Part shown: positions 47,433-56,152 of the stretch, piece after piece
Layout: each line of letters starts with the position of its first letter
Position numbering within the stretch: the stretch's first letter is position 1
Origin: a virus
IMG/VR virus record: IMGVR_UViG_3300034107_000725
Coordinates: 32,001-96,000 of that record
Direction: 5' to 3' (one strand)
DNA length: 64,000 nt
Position numbers and translations under genes: made by a program
Notes under the pieces: generated by a model
Told to the model about the DNA's origin: nothing
What the model saw: only the letters and a program-made list of their open reading frames with translations
Databases searched by the model: none

Positions 47433-47843
47433 GTGTCAGCTTCACTTAATCTTTCGCAGGCTGTTGATGCTGTGGTGGCTTCTTACAAAGCCAGCGTAGC
47501 TGATGGGCGTTTGACGTTTCACGAAATACTGACATTGGTCTATAACGCTACAGCTACTTTCGTGAAACTGGTAGAATCGATAGATCAGCGACCTGGCGAT
47601 ACCAAAAAACAAGTCGTGCTCAATGCAATTGACTTGTTTTATGCTACCGTTGTAGCTCCTATCGACATTCAAGGTATACCTAACTTTCTGGAAGGTGCCA
47701 TGGATGCCGTAATCAAGGCATTTATCTTGGCACTGGCTAGTGCCTGGATCGACGCTATCGTCAACATCTTTAACAAAATTGGCTGGGGTGCCGAGACTAC
47801 GCCTTCAGGGGCTGCGGCTTTGCAAGCTCCACTGATTTTTTAA
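47433..47843 (+). CDS. Hypothetical helical protein
   Basis: AAGGAG RBS before a GTG start. Confidence 0.6.
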   Translation: MSASLNLSQAVDAVVASYKASVADGRLTFHEILTLVYNATATFVKLVESIDQRPGDTKKQVVLNAIDLFYATVVAPIDIQGIPNFLEGAMDAVIKAFILALASAWIDAIVNIFNKIGWGAETTPSGAAALQAPLIF

Positions 47844-47867
47844 AATCCGGAATTAAAGGAATACGAC

Positions 47868-48266
47868 ATGTCGCTGGTGATCGGTAATATGACTGGTGTG
47901 GTCTTCTTCGGACCCAGGGATCAACCTAAGGCGGTACGCTGGTGGGCTGAACGCGGACAACTACACTGGGAAGATTCCCGGACGAATGCATACGACACAG
48001 TGTCGGTTCGAGAATTCCTACTACGGCTACAGGGTATCAGTGATATGCTGTCCAATGGCCGTAAAAAAGAAAATCAAGGCTTCATGCACTCGGATGAAGT
48101 CGAGCGACATATGCGGTTTATCGAGGAAGCCTTAGAACTTGTACGGAAGGCCAAGGAACAAGGAATTCCGGAAGATCCCAAGGTACGAAGACACAAGGCG
48201 ATGGACCTCCCCGTCACAGTAGTGATGCCGTCTGCTTTGAACAGTGGTAAGGGTGTGACTTTCTAG
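47868..48266 (+). CDS. Hypothetical protein
   Basis: AAGGA RBS; colinear. Confidence 0.65.
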   Translation: MSLVIGNMTGVVFFGPRDQPKAVRWWAERGQLHWEDSRTNAYDTVSVREFLLRLQGISDMLSNGRKKENQGFMHSDEVERHMRFIEEALELVRKAKEQGIPEDPKVRRHKAMDLPVTVVMPSALNSGKGVTF

Positions 48267-48276
48267 GAGAGCAAGG

Positions 48277-48720
48277 ATGCAGACAAAAGAAGCGTTTAAA
48301 CTTGGATTTTTGGCTCGTTGTGTGGAAGAAGGCTTATCGCCAGAACAAACACACACGTTGGCCAAAATGGCAGCAGATCAGCTGGAAAAACGATCACTCA
48401 GTCCTAACCCACTAGGTTGGCTAACCGGACAGGTCACAGCTCCTGTCAAGAACATAACAGACGCCTATAAGGCGGTGCTTGACTCTGCTTCGTCTACTGT
48501 GCCCCTGGCGGCCTTAGCCATGGCGGTGCCTCCGGCTCTTGGCGGCTCTGCAGCTTGGCTCGCAAACCGAGCCACGGACACGGATGCCACAGATATTGAT
48601 CAGGTTAAGCAGAAAGAATTGTCGGATACATATCGTCGGATGGCGGCTCAAATGAACCGACAAAAGCAGCTGCGTAACTACAAGCAGGAACGCAAGCGAA
48701 CAGGTCGGGTCTACTTGTAA
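48277..48720 (+). CDS. Putative virion membrane-associated protein
   Basis: KEAF, KMA, EKRS; central hydrophobic helix. Confidence 0.6.
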   Translation: MQTKEAFKLGFLARCVEEGLSPEQTHTLAKMAADQLEKRSLSPNPLGWLTGQVTAPVKNITDAYKAVLDSASSTVPLAALAMAVPPALGGSAAWLANRATDTDATDIDQVKQKELSDTYRRMAAQMNRQKQLRNYKQERKRTGRVYL

Positions 48721-48728
48721 GGACTCAT

Positions 48729-49094
48729 ATGTCAAATAGCTTGGTGAAATTCACCAGCCGCAAGGATGGCAACGGCAGGGGTAATCTATACTGGGAACGG
48801 GCAGACGTGGATGGTCTACCGTTTCGAGGACACTCGGCTCCAACTTATCGAAATGAGGAGTTTGAGGATCGGGTTGTAAGGGTAGCTGATCCAAAGAATG
48901 GTACGTTCTACACCGGTGATCCGGAGCAAAACGCAGCTTATCTCAAGGTCATGGATGGAATTGCTAACTCTTGGTATCACATGGTATTTGTCGAGCGATG
49001 GCGAGCTGAAGGCGACAAGTACCATCATGTTTATGTAGAATGGCTGGAATACTTCCTGGAAGACGGGAAGCCCGCACCGTACGAGCCGAACTAA
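48729..49094 (+). CDS. Hypothetical protein
   Basis: AAGGA RBS; colinear. Confidence 0.65.
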   Translation: MSNSLVKFTSRKDGNGRGNLYWERADVDGLPFRGHSAPTYRNEEFEDRVVRVADPKNGTFYTGDPEQNAAYLKVMDGIANSWYHMVFVERWRAEGDKYHHVYVEWLEYFLEDGKPAPYEPN

Positions 49095-49106
49095 TTCAAC
49101 AAGGAT

Positions 49107-50000
49107 GTGACTATGGACGTTCGAACAGCAAAGGCGTTGCTTAAACAGATTCAACAGGTGAAGCAAGCAGAGACCGGAAATGTCACGGTGGCGGGTTTAC
49201 CTGCACCAGCATCACCAACTCCAACTTCGTTTTCTTTTCTGGCTCGTAATATGCCAAATTTGTTACCTGGCAGCCTGCCTAAAGATTTGGCTAAGCAACA
49301 AAATACTAAGCTACAGTCAGATACTCAAAAGGCCATCATTAGAACTATGATGTTGGCAGCTGGCGGAGGTGCTGCTGTGCGTGGACTTACAGGCTTAACT
49401 AATATGCTAGGCGAATCACCACAAATTGCCTCAACAGGTCGTACTGTAGAAATGCCTGTCGCATATGCCGAGGAGCCGAAACGTAAAAAAAGGATGAAAC
49501 AAGCAGAGGCATTCAAATCGAGTGTCGACACTTATAACCAGGGAGCTACAAACAAAATTGGGTTGAACTACTACATACCGGGCATGCTGATCGGCGGCGG
49601 GTTAGCGGCTTACGGCGGCTGGAAGGGTGTAGACCATCTGCTAGATGCTCAACGGCGTAAGCATACAAATGAGGACATGGAAGCAGCAAAACAGGAATAT
49701 GAAGACGCTCTGCTCGGGGCATATAAAAAAGCAACGGATACGGCACTAGATCAAACCTTTGAGCGTTATGAAAAACAAGCATATCTTGAGAATATACCGG
49801 GAGCTTTACAAGGTGCCGGACTGGCTTACACGGCAGCGTCACTTCCAATCGGTTACATGATCGTTAATGACATGATGAAAAAGAACAGCAAACAAGCCTT
49901 GTTACAAAAAGCTCTGCAAGAGCGAGCTCGTCGTCAAGCCATGACACAGCCACCAGAAATTTATGCGATTCCACACTCACCCAACGAGGAGAGCGAATAA
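49107..50000 (+). CDS. Putative virion protein with K-x-A motifs and hydrophobic Gly-rich helices
   Basis: KQA three times plus KKA; three hydrophobic segments. Confidence 0.6.
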   Translation: MTMDVRTAKALLKQIQQVKQAETGNVTVAGLPAPASPTPTSFSFLARNMPNLLPGSLPKDLAKQQNTKLQSDTQKAIIRTMMLAAGGGAAVRGLTGLTNMLGESPQIASTGRTVEMPVAYAEEPKRKKRMKQAEAFKSSVDTYNQGATNKIGLNYYIPGMLIGGGLAAYGGWKGVDHLLDAQRRKHTNEDMEAAKQEYEDALLGAYKKATDTALDQTFERYEKQAYLENIPGALQGAGLAYTAASLPIGYMIVNDMMKKNSKQALLQKALQERARRQAMTQPPEIYAIPHSPNEESE

Positions 50001-50003
50001 GCG

Positions 50004-53000
50004 ATGCAACCGCTCACGCCCAATCTGCTTGAGCCGGAATCCTCATCGCTGTTGACTCCGGCTGCATCTATCCAGCCGTTACCGCCTGCTCCCGATTATC
50101 GGGAGTTTGGTGATACGGTAAAAACGCGTTCACGTATTTATGACAACGTACTGAACGCGGCTAAGAACATACAGCCCGTGTCGAACGACCGCCACACACT
50201 TCGGTTGGCGGATGTGGATTACATGGATTCAGATCGGGTCAGCAAGCGGGATCAGAAGGCCGCTATTCTGAACGGCTTGACCCGCGGGCGAAGGCTACGT
50301 GGTACGTGGGAACTGGTGGACAACGCCAGTCAGCAGGTGCTTGATAGTAAGCGGTCTGTGCTTATGACCGTACCTCACCTCACCGAACGCGGTACGTTCA
50401 TTAACAATGGCACAGAGTACACATTAAAGAACCAACAACGCTTGCTCCCTGGCGTCTACACGCGGGAACGTGATAACGGTGAAATTGAATCACACGCAAA
50501 CGTCTTGCCGGGCAAGGGCGTGTCTCACCGTTATTTTCTAGACCCAGAAAAAGGGCAGTTCAAGATTCGCCTGGGACAAGGCACCGTCAGCCTGATGCCT
50601 TTGCTCAAGTCTATGGGTGCGACTTCAGAACAGATTAAAAATGCTTGGGGCAAAGATCTTTATGCCAGTAACTTCAACAGCGATGACGCTGGCGAACACA
50701 AGAAGCTCCGGGCCAAGTTTCTAAATGCTAAAGAGCTTCAAGGGGATGAGCAGGCACAGCGGGCAGCTCTTGTGCAAAAGTTTGCCAACATGGAGCTGGA
50801 CCCAGAAGTCACAAAGCGAACGCTGGGTAATCCACATGCAGGACTGACCCTGGACGCTGTGATGGATATTACCAAAAAGCTAATTCAGGTCAGTCGTCGG
50901 GAAGCCGAGCCGGATGATCGTGACGCGTTAACCTATCAGAGCTTCCTTGGCCCTGAAGATCTACTTGCAGAAAGAATTTCGCGAGATAAAGGTGGTTTAC
51001 GCCGTCAGCTTTTATGGCAAATGTCGGGGCAAGGCAACCTCCAAAAAATGCCATCTTCTGCCTTGCACAAGCAGCTTCAGGCTGCCATTATGGGTTCCGG
51101 GCTGGGTCAAGCGATCGAAGAAATTAATCCGGCAGAGCTGTACGACAAGTCAACAGCTGTGAGCCGCCTAGGCGAGGGCGGTATTCCTTCCACGGATGCT
51201 ATTCCTAAAGAATCGCGTAGCGTTCAGCCCAGTATGTTCGGATACGTGGACCCTGTGCGAACCCCAGAATCGGGCAAGGTAGGAGTGGACACCTACCTTG
51301 CTCGTGGGGCTCGCAAGGGTTCCGACGGCAAACTTTACGCTCAGTTTAACGACGTTAGAACCGGTGAAACCATTTACAAAACACCGCAAGCTGTTGCGGA
51401 TTTGACTTTGGGTTTTCCTGGAAGCATGCAGCAACTCGGGAAACGGGTAGCCGCTATGCGTAACGGAAAAATGGTCTACGTGCCAAAGCACGAGATAGAC
51501 TTAGAGTTACCAAGCATGGAAGAAGCGTTTAATCCGCTTTCCAACATGATACCTATGAAAAGCCAGGTCAAAGGTCAGCGACTGGTGATGGCGTCTCGAA
51601 TGACCACACAGGCGTTACCTATCGCAGGGGCCGAAGCTCCACTGGTTCAGTCGGCGATACCAGGCACAAACGGACAAAAGAGCTACGAAGAGCTTTATGC
51701 CGGTGCGATGGGTGCGTTACGTGCTCCGCAGGGCGGAACGGTGACCGGTGTAGACGATGACGGCATTCATGTGCGATACGAGGACGGTACTTCAGACACA
51801 CATGAGATGTATCAGAACTTCCCGTTTAACCGTAAAACTTTCATACATCAGACGCCAGTCGTAAGGCCTGGAGACCAGTTTGGTCCAGACCAGTTGCTGG
51901 CCCAGTCCAACTATACTGATAAGACAGGGGCAACGGCTTTAGGGCGTAACGCTCGTACTGCTTATGTCTCGTGGCAAGGCAAGAACTTTGAAGATGCCGT
52001 CGTAATTTCTGAAGGCTTTGCCCGGAAAATGGCTTCTGAGCACATGTATCAGAACAGTCTGGAAGTAGACGACAAGACTCAGCTGGGTAAGCATAATTAC
52101 ATTCAGAAGTTTCCTGGTAAGTTCGATAAGGCAACTTTGGCAAAAATGGATGATAGCGGCGTGATTAAGCCTGGAACGGTGGTACACTACGGCGATCCTC
52201 TCATTCTGGGAACTTCGCAGCGGGAAACCTCGTACAACAAAGTCCACAAAAAAGGACAGGCAGGACACACCGATGCAGCAATCATTTGGGATCATCACGA
52301 CGACGGGACCGTTACCGATGTGGTCATGGGCAAAACGGGACCGACTGTCGTTGTTAAAGCGACGTCAGCCATGCAAGTTGGCGACAAACTCTCTGGGCGG
52401 TACGGAGACAAAGGAGTCATTGCTGATGTCATCCCAGACCATCAAATGCCACATGATAGTGACAAACAACCCTTCGAAGTCCTGTTGAATCCACTTGGTG
52501 TCATCACCCGAACCAACCCGGCTCAGATGTCTGAGTTGTACCTGGGTAAACTAGCAGCCAAGCTGGGACGACCTATCAAGGTCCAAGACTTTGATTCAAG
52601 CAAAGACATGGGCGAATGGGTTTCACAAGAACTGGCCCGTGAAGGTTTGTCTGACTTGGAAGACATCAACGACCCGTCTAAAGATCAGAAGATCGGCGGT
52701 ATTGCTACGGGTCATCGGTTTTTTATGAAGCTGCACCACACGGCTGAGTCTAAGGGACAAAGCCGCGGTGGTGGAGCTTACACAGCGGATGATGCACCGG
52801 CTAAAGGTGGGTCAGAAGGCTCAAAGCGAATTGGGATGTTGGATACAAACGCCTTGTTGTCTCACGGAGCTACGGCAACGCTACAAGACGTGAGTGCAGT
52901 TCGTGGACAGAAGAATGACCAATACTGGATGCAGTTCATGTCCGGCTACAATCCAACAGCGTCCAAGGTACCGTTTGTGTATCAAAAGTTTGTCAATCAA

Positions 53001-54443
53001 CTCAAGTCTGCTGGTGTTAACGTCGTCAAGCAAGGCACACAGACAAACATCATGGCGTTGACGGATAAGGATGTGGATGAGCTGGCCGGTGATCGCGAAC
53101 TCCAAAACGCGGAAGGCGTAGACTGGAATAAGGGGCTCAAGGAAATTTCTGGCGGCTTGTTTGACAAGTCGAAGACCGGAGGTCACGGGGGCAATCGTTG
53201 GAGCTATATCAAGCTGCACGAGCCGTTGCCAAACCCGGTGATGGAAGAACCCATCCGGCGTATGCTAGGTTTGACACAGAAACAGTTTCAAGGCGTAATC
53301 TCAGGCACGGAACCGTTATCTAAGTACGGCACAGGTCCGCAGGCTTTACAAAAGGCCCTGTCCGGAATGAATGTTGATGCTGAGATTGAGAAAGCCCGTA
53401 ACGCTATTTCAGCGGGTCGGGCCTCAGACAGGGATGCGGCGGTGAGGAAGCTAGGATACCTGAAGAGTGCTAAAAAGCTGGGTCTCCATCCTGGCGATTA
53501 CATGCTTACAAAAGTGCCTGTTCTGCCTCCTATGTTTCGACCCGTCAGCATGATGTCAAACGATATGCCACTGATTAACGATGCTAACTACCTTTACAAA
53601 GAGTTATTTGAGGCAAATAACAACCTCAAAAGCATTCAGAGCGAATTAGGACATGAAGCATCCGGGCTGGAACGAATGGCGGCGTACAATGCCTTCAAAG
53701 CTGTCACGGGTTTAGGCGATCCAATTAGCCAGAAAAGTCGAGATAAGAACGTCAAAGGTGTGCTTCAGTCTGTGTTTGGTTCCAGCCCCAAGTTCAGTAC
53801 ACTACAACGCAAACTGATTTCCACCACTGTGGATAACGTCGGGCGGGCGGTGATCACCCCCAATCCGGATCTGGACATGGATTCGGTCGGCCTGCCCGAA
53901 GAGAAAGCCTTCAAGGCGTATGAGAAGTTCGTCACCCGGCGGCTGGTCCGTCAGGGTATGTCGATGAGAGTGGCTCGCGAACACATTGCAAACAAATCGA
54001 AGCTGGCACGCAATATTCTGCTTGAGGAGATGGATCATCGTCCGGTATACATCAGCCGGTCTCCTGTTCTTCACAAGTTTGGGATTTTGGCAATGAAGCC
54101 AAGACTAACCAAGGGTGATACACTTCAGGTTAGCCCTCTCATCGTTAAAGGCTTTAACGCTGACTTTGATGGCGATGCTATGAATTATCACGTACCGAGC
54201 ACAGAAAAGGCCCGACAAGAAGCTCTTGACCGACTTCTACCTAGCCGAAACTTGTTCAGTCTGTCAGACTTTAAATCCGTGATGCACGCTCCGGCAAACG
54301 AGTTTGTCGGCGGTTTGTACCACGCTACGAAATCCGTTAGCGATCGCCCTAAAAAGATCTTTCGATCGCTACAGGATGCTAAGCGGGCCTACGCACGGGG
54401 CGATATTTCTATCGACGATCGCGTGCAAATCCTAGAATCTTAA
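50004..54443 (+). CDS. Multi-subunit RNA polymerase: beta subunit fused to the N-terminal half of beta'
   Basis: Beta motifs GTFINNGTE, RTPESGKVG, NFEDA, GDKLSGRYGDKG, LLNPLG, MKLHH; beta' motifs VPVLPPMFRP, GRAVITP, SRSPVLHK and catalytic NADFDGD (54156-54176). Confidence 0.95.
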   Translation: MQPLTPNLLEPESSSLLTPAASIQPLPPAPDYREFGDTVKTRSRIYDNVLNAAKNIQPVSNDRHTLRLADVDYMDSDRVSKRDQKAAILNGLTRGRRLRGTWELVDNASQQVLDSKRSVLMTVPHLTERGTFINNGTEYTLKNQQRLLPGVYTRERDNGEIESHANVLPGKGVSHRYFLDPEKGQFKIRLGQGTVSLMPLLKSMGATSEQIKNAWGKDLYASNFNSDDAGEHKKLRAKFLNAKELQGDEQAQRAALVQKFANMELDPEVTKRTLGNPHAGLTLDAVMDITKKLIQVSRREAEPDDRDALTYQSFLGPEDLLAERISRDKGGLRRQLLWQMSGQGNLQKMPSSALHKQLQAAIMGSGLGQAIEEINPAELYDKSTAVSRLGEGGIPSTDAIPKESRSVQPSMFGYVDPVRTPESGKVGVDTYLARGARKGSDGKLYAQFNDVRTGETIYKTPQAVADLTLGFPGSMQQLGKRVAAMRNGKMVYVPKHEIDLELPSMEEAFNPLSNMIPMKSQVKGQRLVMASRMTTQALPIAGAEAPLVQSAIPGTNGQKSYEELYAGAMGALRAPQGGTVTGVDDDGIHVRYEDGTSDTHEMYQNFPFNRKTFIHQTPVVRPGDQFGPDQLLAQSNYTDKTGATALGRNARTAYVSWQGKNFEDAVVISEGFARKMASEHMYQNSLEVDDKTQLGKHNYIQKFPGKFDKATLAKMDDSGVIKPGTVVHYGDPLILGTSQRETSYNKVHKKGQAGHTDAAIIWDHHDDGTVTDVVMGKTGPTVVVKATSAMQVGDKLSGRYGDKGVIADVIPDHQMPHDSDKQPFEVLLNPLGVITRTNPAQMSELYLGKLAAKLGRPIKVQDFDSSKDMGEWVSQELAREGLSDLEDINDPSKDQKIGGIATGHRFFMKLHHTAESKGQSRGGGAYTADDAPAKGGSEGSKRIGMLDTNALLSHGATATLQDVSAVRGQKNDQYWMQFMSGYNPTASKVPFVYQKFVNQLKSAGVNVVKQGTQTNIMALTDKDVDELAGDRELQNAEGVDWNKGLKEISGGLFDKSKTGGHGGNRWSYIKLHEPLPNPVMEEPIRRMLGLTQKQFQGVISGTEPLSKYGTGPQALQKALSGMNVDAEIEKARNAISAGRASDRDAAVRKLGYLKSAKKLGLHPGDYMLTKVPVLPPMFRPVSMMSNDMPLINDANYLYKELFEANNNLKSIQSELGHEASGLERMAAYNAFKAVTGLGDPISQKSRDKNVKGVLQSVFGSSPKFSTLQRKLISTTVDNVGRAVITPNPDLDMDSVGLPEEKAFKAYEKFVTRRLVRQGMSMRVAREHIANKSKLARNILLEEMDHRPVYISRSPVLHKFGILAMKPRLTKGDTLQVSPLIVKGFNADFDGDAMNYHVPSTEKARQEALDRLLPSRNLFSLSDFKSVMHAPANEFVGGLYHATKSVSDRPKKIFRSLQDAKRAYARGDISIDDRVQILES

Positions 54444-54473
54444 CCAGATCAGATTGACAAGGAGATCATAACG

Positions 54474-55187
54474 ATGGGACTGAACCTCGAGCTTCTTAAA
54501 CAAGCCCGATATAACGTACGGGAGCTGGAAAAATCAGCATTTGTAGCTGCCGGTGACCCGTCAATGGGTGGAGATCCTGCGGCTATGGCTGGTGGCGGTG
54601 CTCCTCCTATGGACCCAGCTATGGCTGGCGGTGCCCCTCCAATGGATCCGGCGATGGCTGGCGGTGCCCCTCCAATGGATCCGGCGATGGCGGGTGGTGC
54701 TCCTCCTATGGATCCGGCGATGGCTGGCGGCGGCGATCCAATGGCTGCAATCATGCCGATGATTCAGCAAGCGGTACAGCAAGCAATGGCAGCCAACGGT
54801 GGCGGCGGTAGTGGTCCACAAGCAGGCGGGCCCGGAATCAAACCCAAGATCGACGTCAACGTCGAAATCATGCAGATGAAGAAGATGTTGGCCAAGATGA
54901 TGGACGCCATGGGAATCCACATGCCCGTAGCCGACATGGTGGCCACACCAGAAGATCTCAATCAGATTGCACAAGGTGGAGCCGGTTTCGCCGCAGCTAC
55001 GCCTGATAACGGTGGCGGACTGGGAGCCATCAAGCCGATACAGGCTATGAAGGCCGCAGAAGACTGGGAAAGCGGTGTAGCCTTTACACCTCCTTCCGAG
55101 AATTCATTCCAGCAGTCACACAACGTCACAAGAAGTACGGCAAACATGGCAACAGCGTTATTGCTGCGTAACCGTATGACGGGTTGA
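54474..55187 (+). CDS. Low-complexity Met/Gly/Pro/Ala protein with tandem repeats
   Basis: AAGGAG RBS; KQA, KSA, KAA; MDPAMAGGAPP repeats. Confidence 0.7.
   Translation: MGLNLELLKQARYNVRELEKSAFVAAGDPSMGGDPAAMAGGGAPPMDPAMAGGAPPMDPAMAGGAPPMDPAMAGGAPPMDPAMAGGGDPMAAIMPMIQQAVQQAMAANGGGGSGPQAGGPGIKPKIDVNVEIMQMKKMLAKMMDAMGIHMPVADMVATPEDLNQIAQGGAGFAAATPDNGGGLGAIKPIQAMKAAEDWESGVAFTPPSENSFQQSHNVTRSTANMATALLLRNRMTG
54609..54740 (+). repeat. Coding tandem repeat, 4 x 33 bp (MDPAMAGGAPP)
   Basis: Units start at 54609, 54642, 54675 and 54708, differing mostly at third codon positions. Confidence 0.9.
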
Positions 55188-55203
55188 GCAGAAGGACAGT
55201 TCG

Positions 55204-55428
55204 ATGTTCTTTGTCGAGATATTGGAAAGTATCGGGAAGCCTCCCTTGCGGGTGGAGGCTTCTCAGGTGGTTATTCGAATGGCTGACGGTACTCCCGTCA
55301 GTGTAGCTGCGGTCTTTGGCACTGCAAGCAGTGTTTTGGTTTCACACTGTGAAGACCCAAACTTTAACGCAAACTTGCGTAAGCTGGGCATCAATGAAAC
55401 CGTTATCTCTACTAGACTGAAGGTATGA
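55204..55428 (+). CDS. Small hypothetical protein
   Basis: AAGGA RBS; tightly packed. Confidence 0.65.
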   Translation: MFFVEILESIGKPPLRVEASQVVIRMADGTPVSVAAVFGTASSVLVSHCEDPNFNANLRKLGINETVISTRLKV

Positions 55429-55429
55429 C

Positions 55430-56140
55430 ATGTCCGACCCGACACGATCTGCTGATAAGGCTTATTACGCTTCCCGAACTCCGTTAGATATACGGGGCAC
55501 TCGCGAAGGGCGATCAAATCCGCCAAAATTCCCAAGCTATCAGCACAAAGGTTACGACTCCACCGCGTCGTCTGACAAATACTATGCGGTGCAACCGGCT
55601 AAAGTGGATGCTCCTGTAGCTCAGGCCGTGCGGCAGAAACCTGCACGGAACACAGTAGCACAGAAAACCGAGCTGATTATCACAGATACGGATAATCTGT
55701 TACGGCGGTTAAGCGATATACTAAGAGATAACGATGTTGAGGTCGTTGTTAAAGGCGATGCAGAATTGATCCGACAGGCACGAATGATTTTGGATTTATC
55801 TGTAGGCCGAAACGAGTTTACACGACAGCAGGCAGACTCTGTGTCATTCGCGGTGGTTGAAGCAAAGATCACAGTACCCGACGTAGCGGTTGTGGACGTA
55901 GCACCAGAACCAGTAGTAGAGGTAGCCGCAGAGCCAGAGCCAGTAGCAGAACCGGAACCAGAAGTAATTCCGGAGCCCGTGATACGGGATGAAATTGCTG
56001 AACTTCTGGCAGCACCAACACCGGTTGTCAAAAAAAGTAAGCCTAAGCAGGTCAGACAGGCCAAGAAGCCCGAGGCTAAAACTATCACGGAAGATGACAT
56101 CGCTGCCGCTCTTGGCCTAGGCGATGATAGCGACGACTAA
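55430..56140 (+). CDS. Hypothetical protein with a Pro/Glu-rich C-terminal linker
   Basis: Colinear ORF; EPEP repeats. Confidence 0.65.
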   Translation: MSDPTRSADKAYYASRTPLDIRGTREGRSNPPKFPSYQHKGYDSTASSDKYYAVQPAKVDAPVAQAVRQKPARNTVAQKTELIITDTDNLLRRLSDILRDNDVEVVVKGDAELIRQARMILDLSVGRNEFTRQQADSVSFAVVEAKITVPDVAVVDVAPEPVVEVAAEPEPVAEPEPEVIPEPVIRDEIAELLAAPTPVVKKSKPKQVRQAKKPEAKTITEDDIAAALGLGDDSDD

Positions 56141-56152
56141 GAGGCTGTTTGC

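Noticed and set aside
54454-54459. TTGACA as a promoter for the repeat-protein gene
   Set aside because: It abuts the RBS, leaving no room for a -10 element and start site upstream of the ATG.
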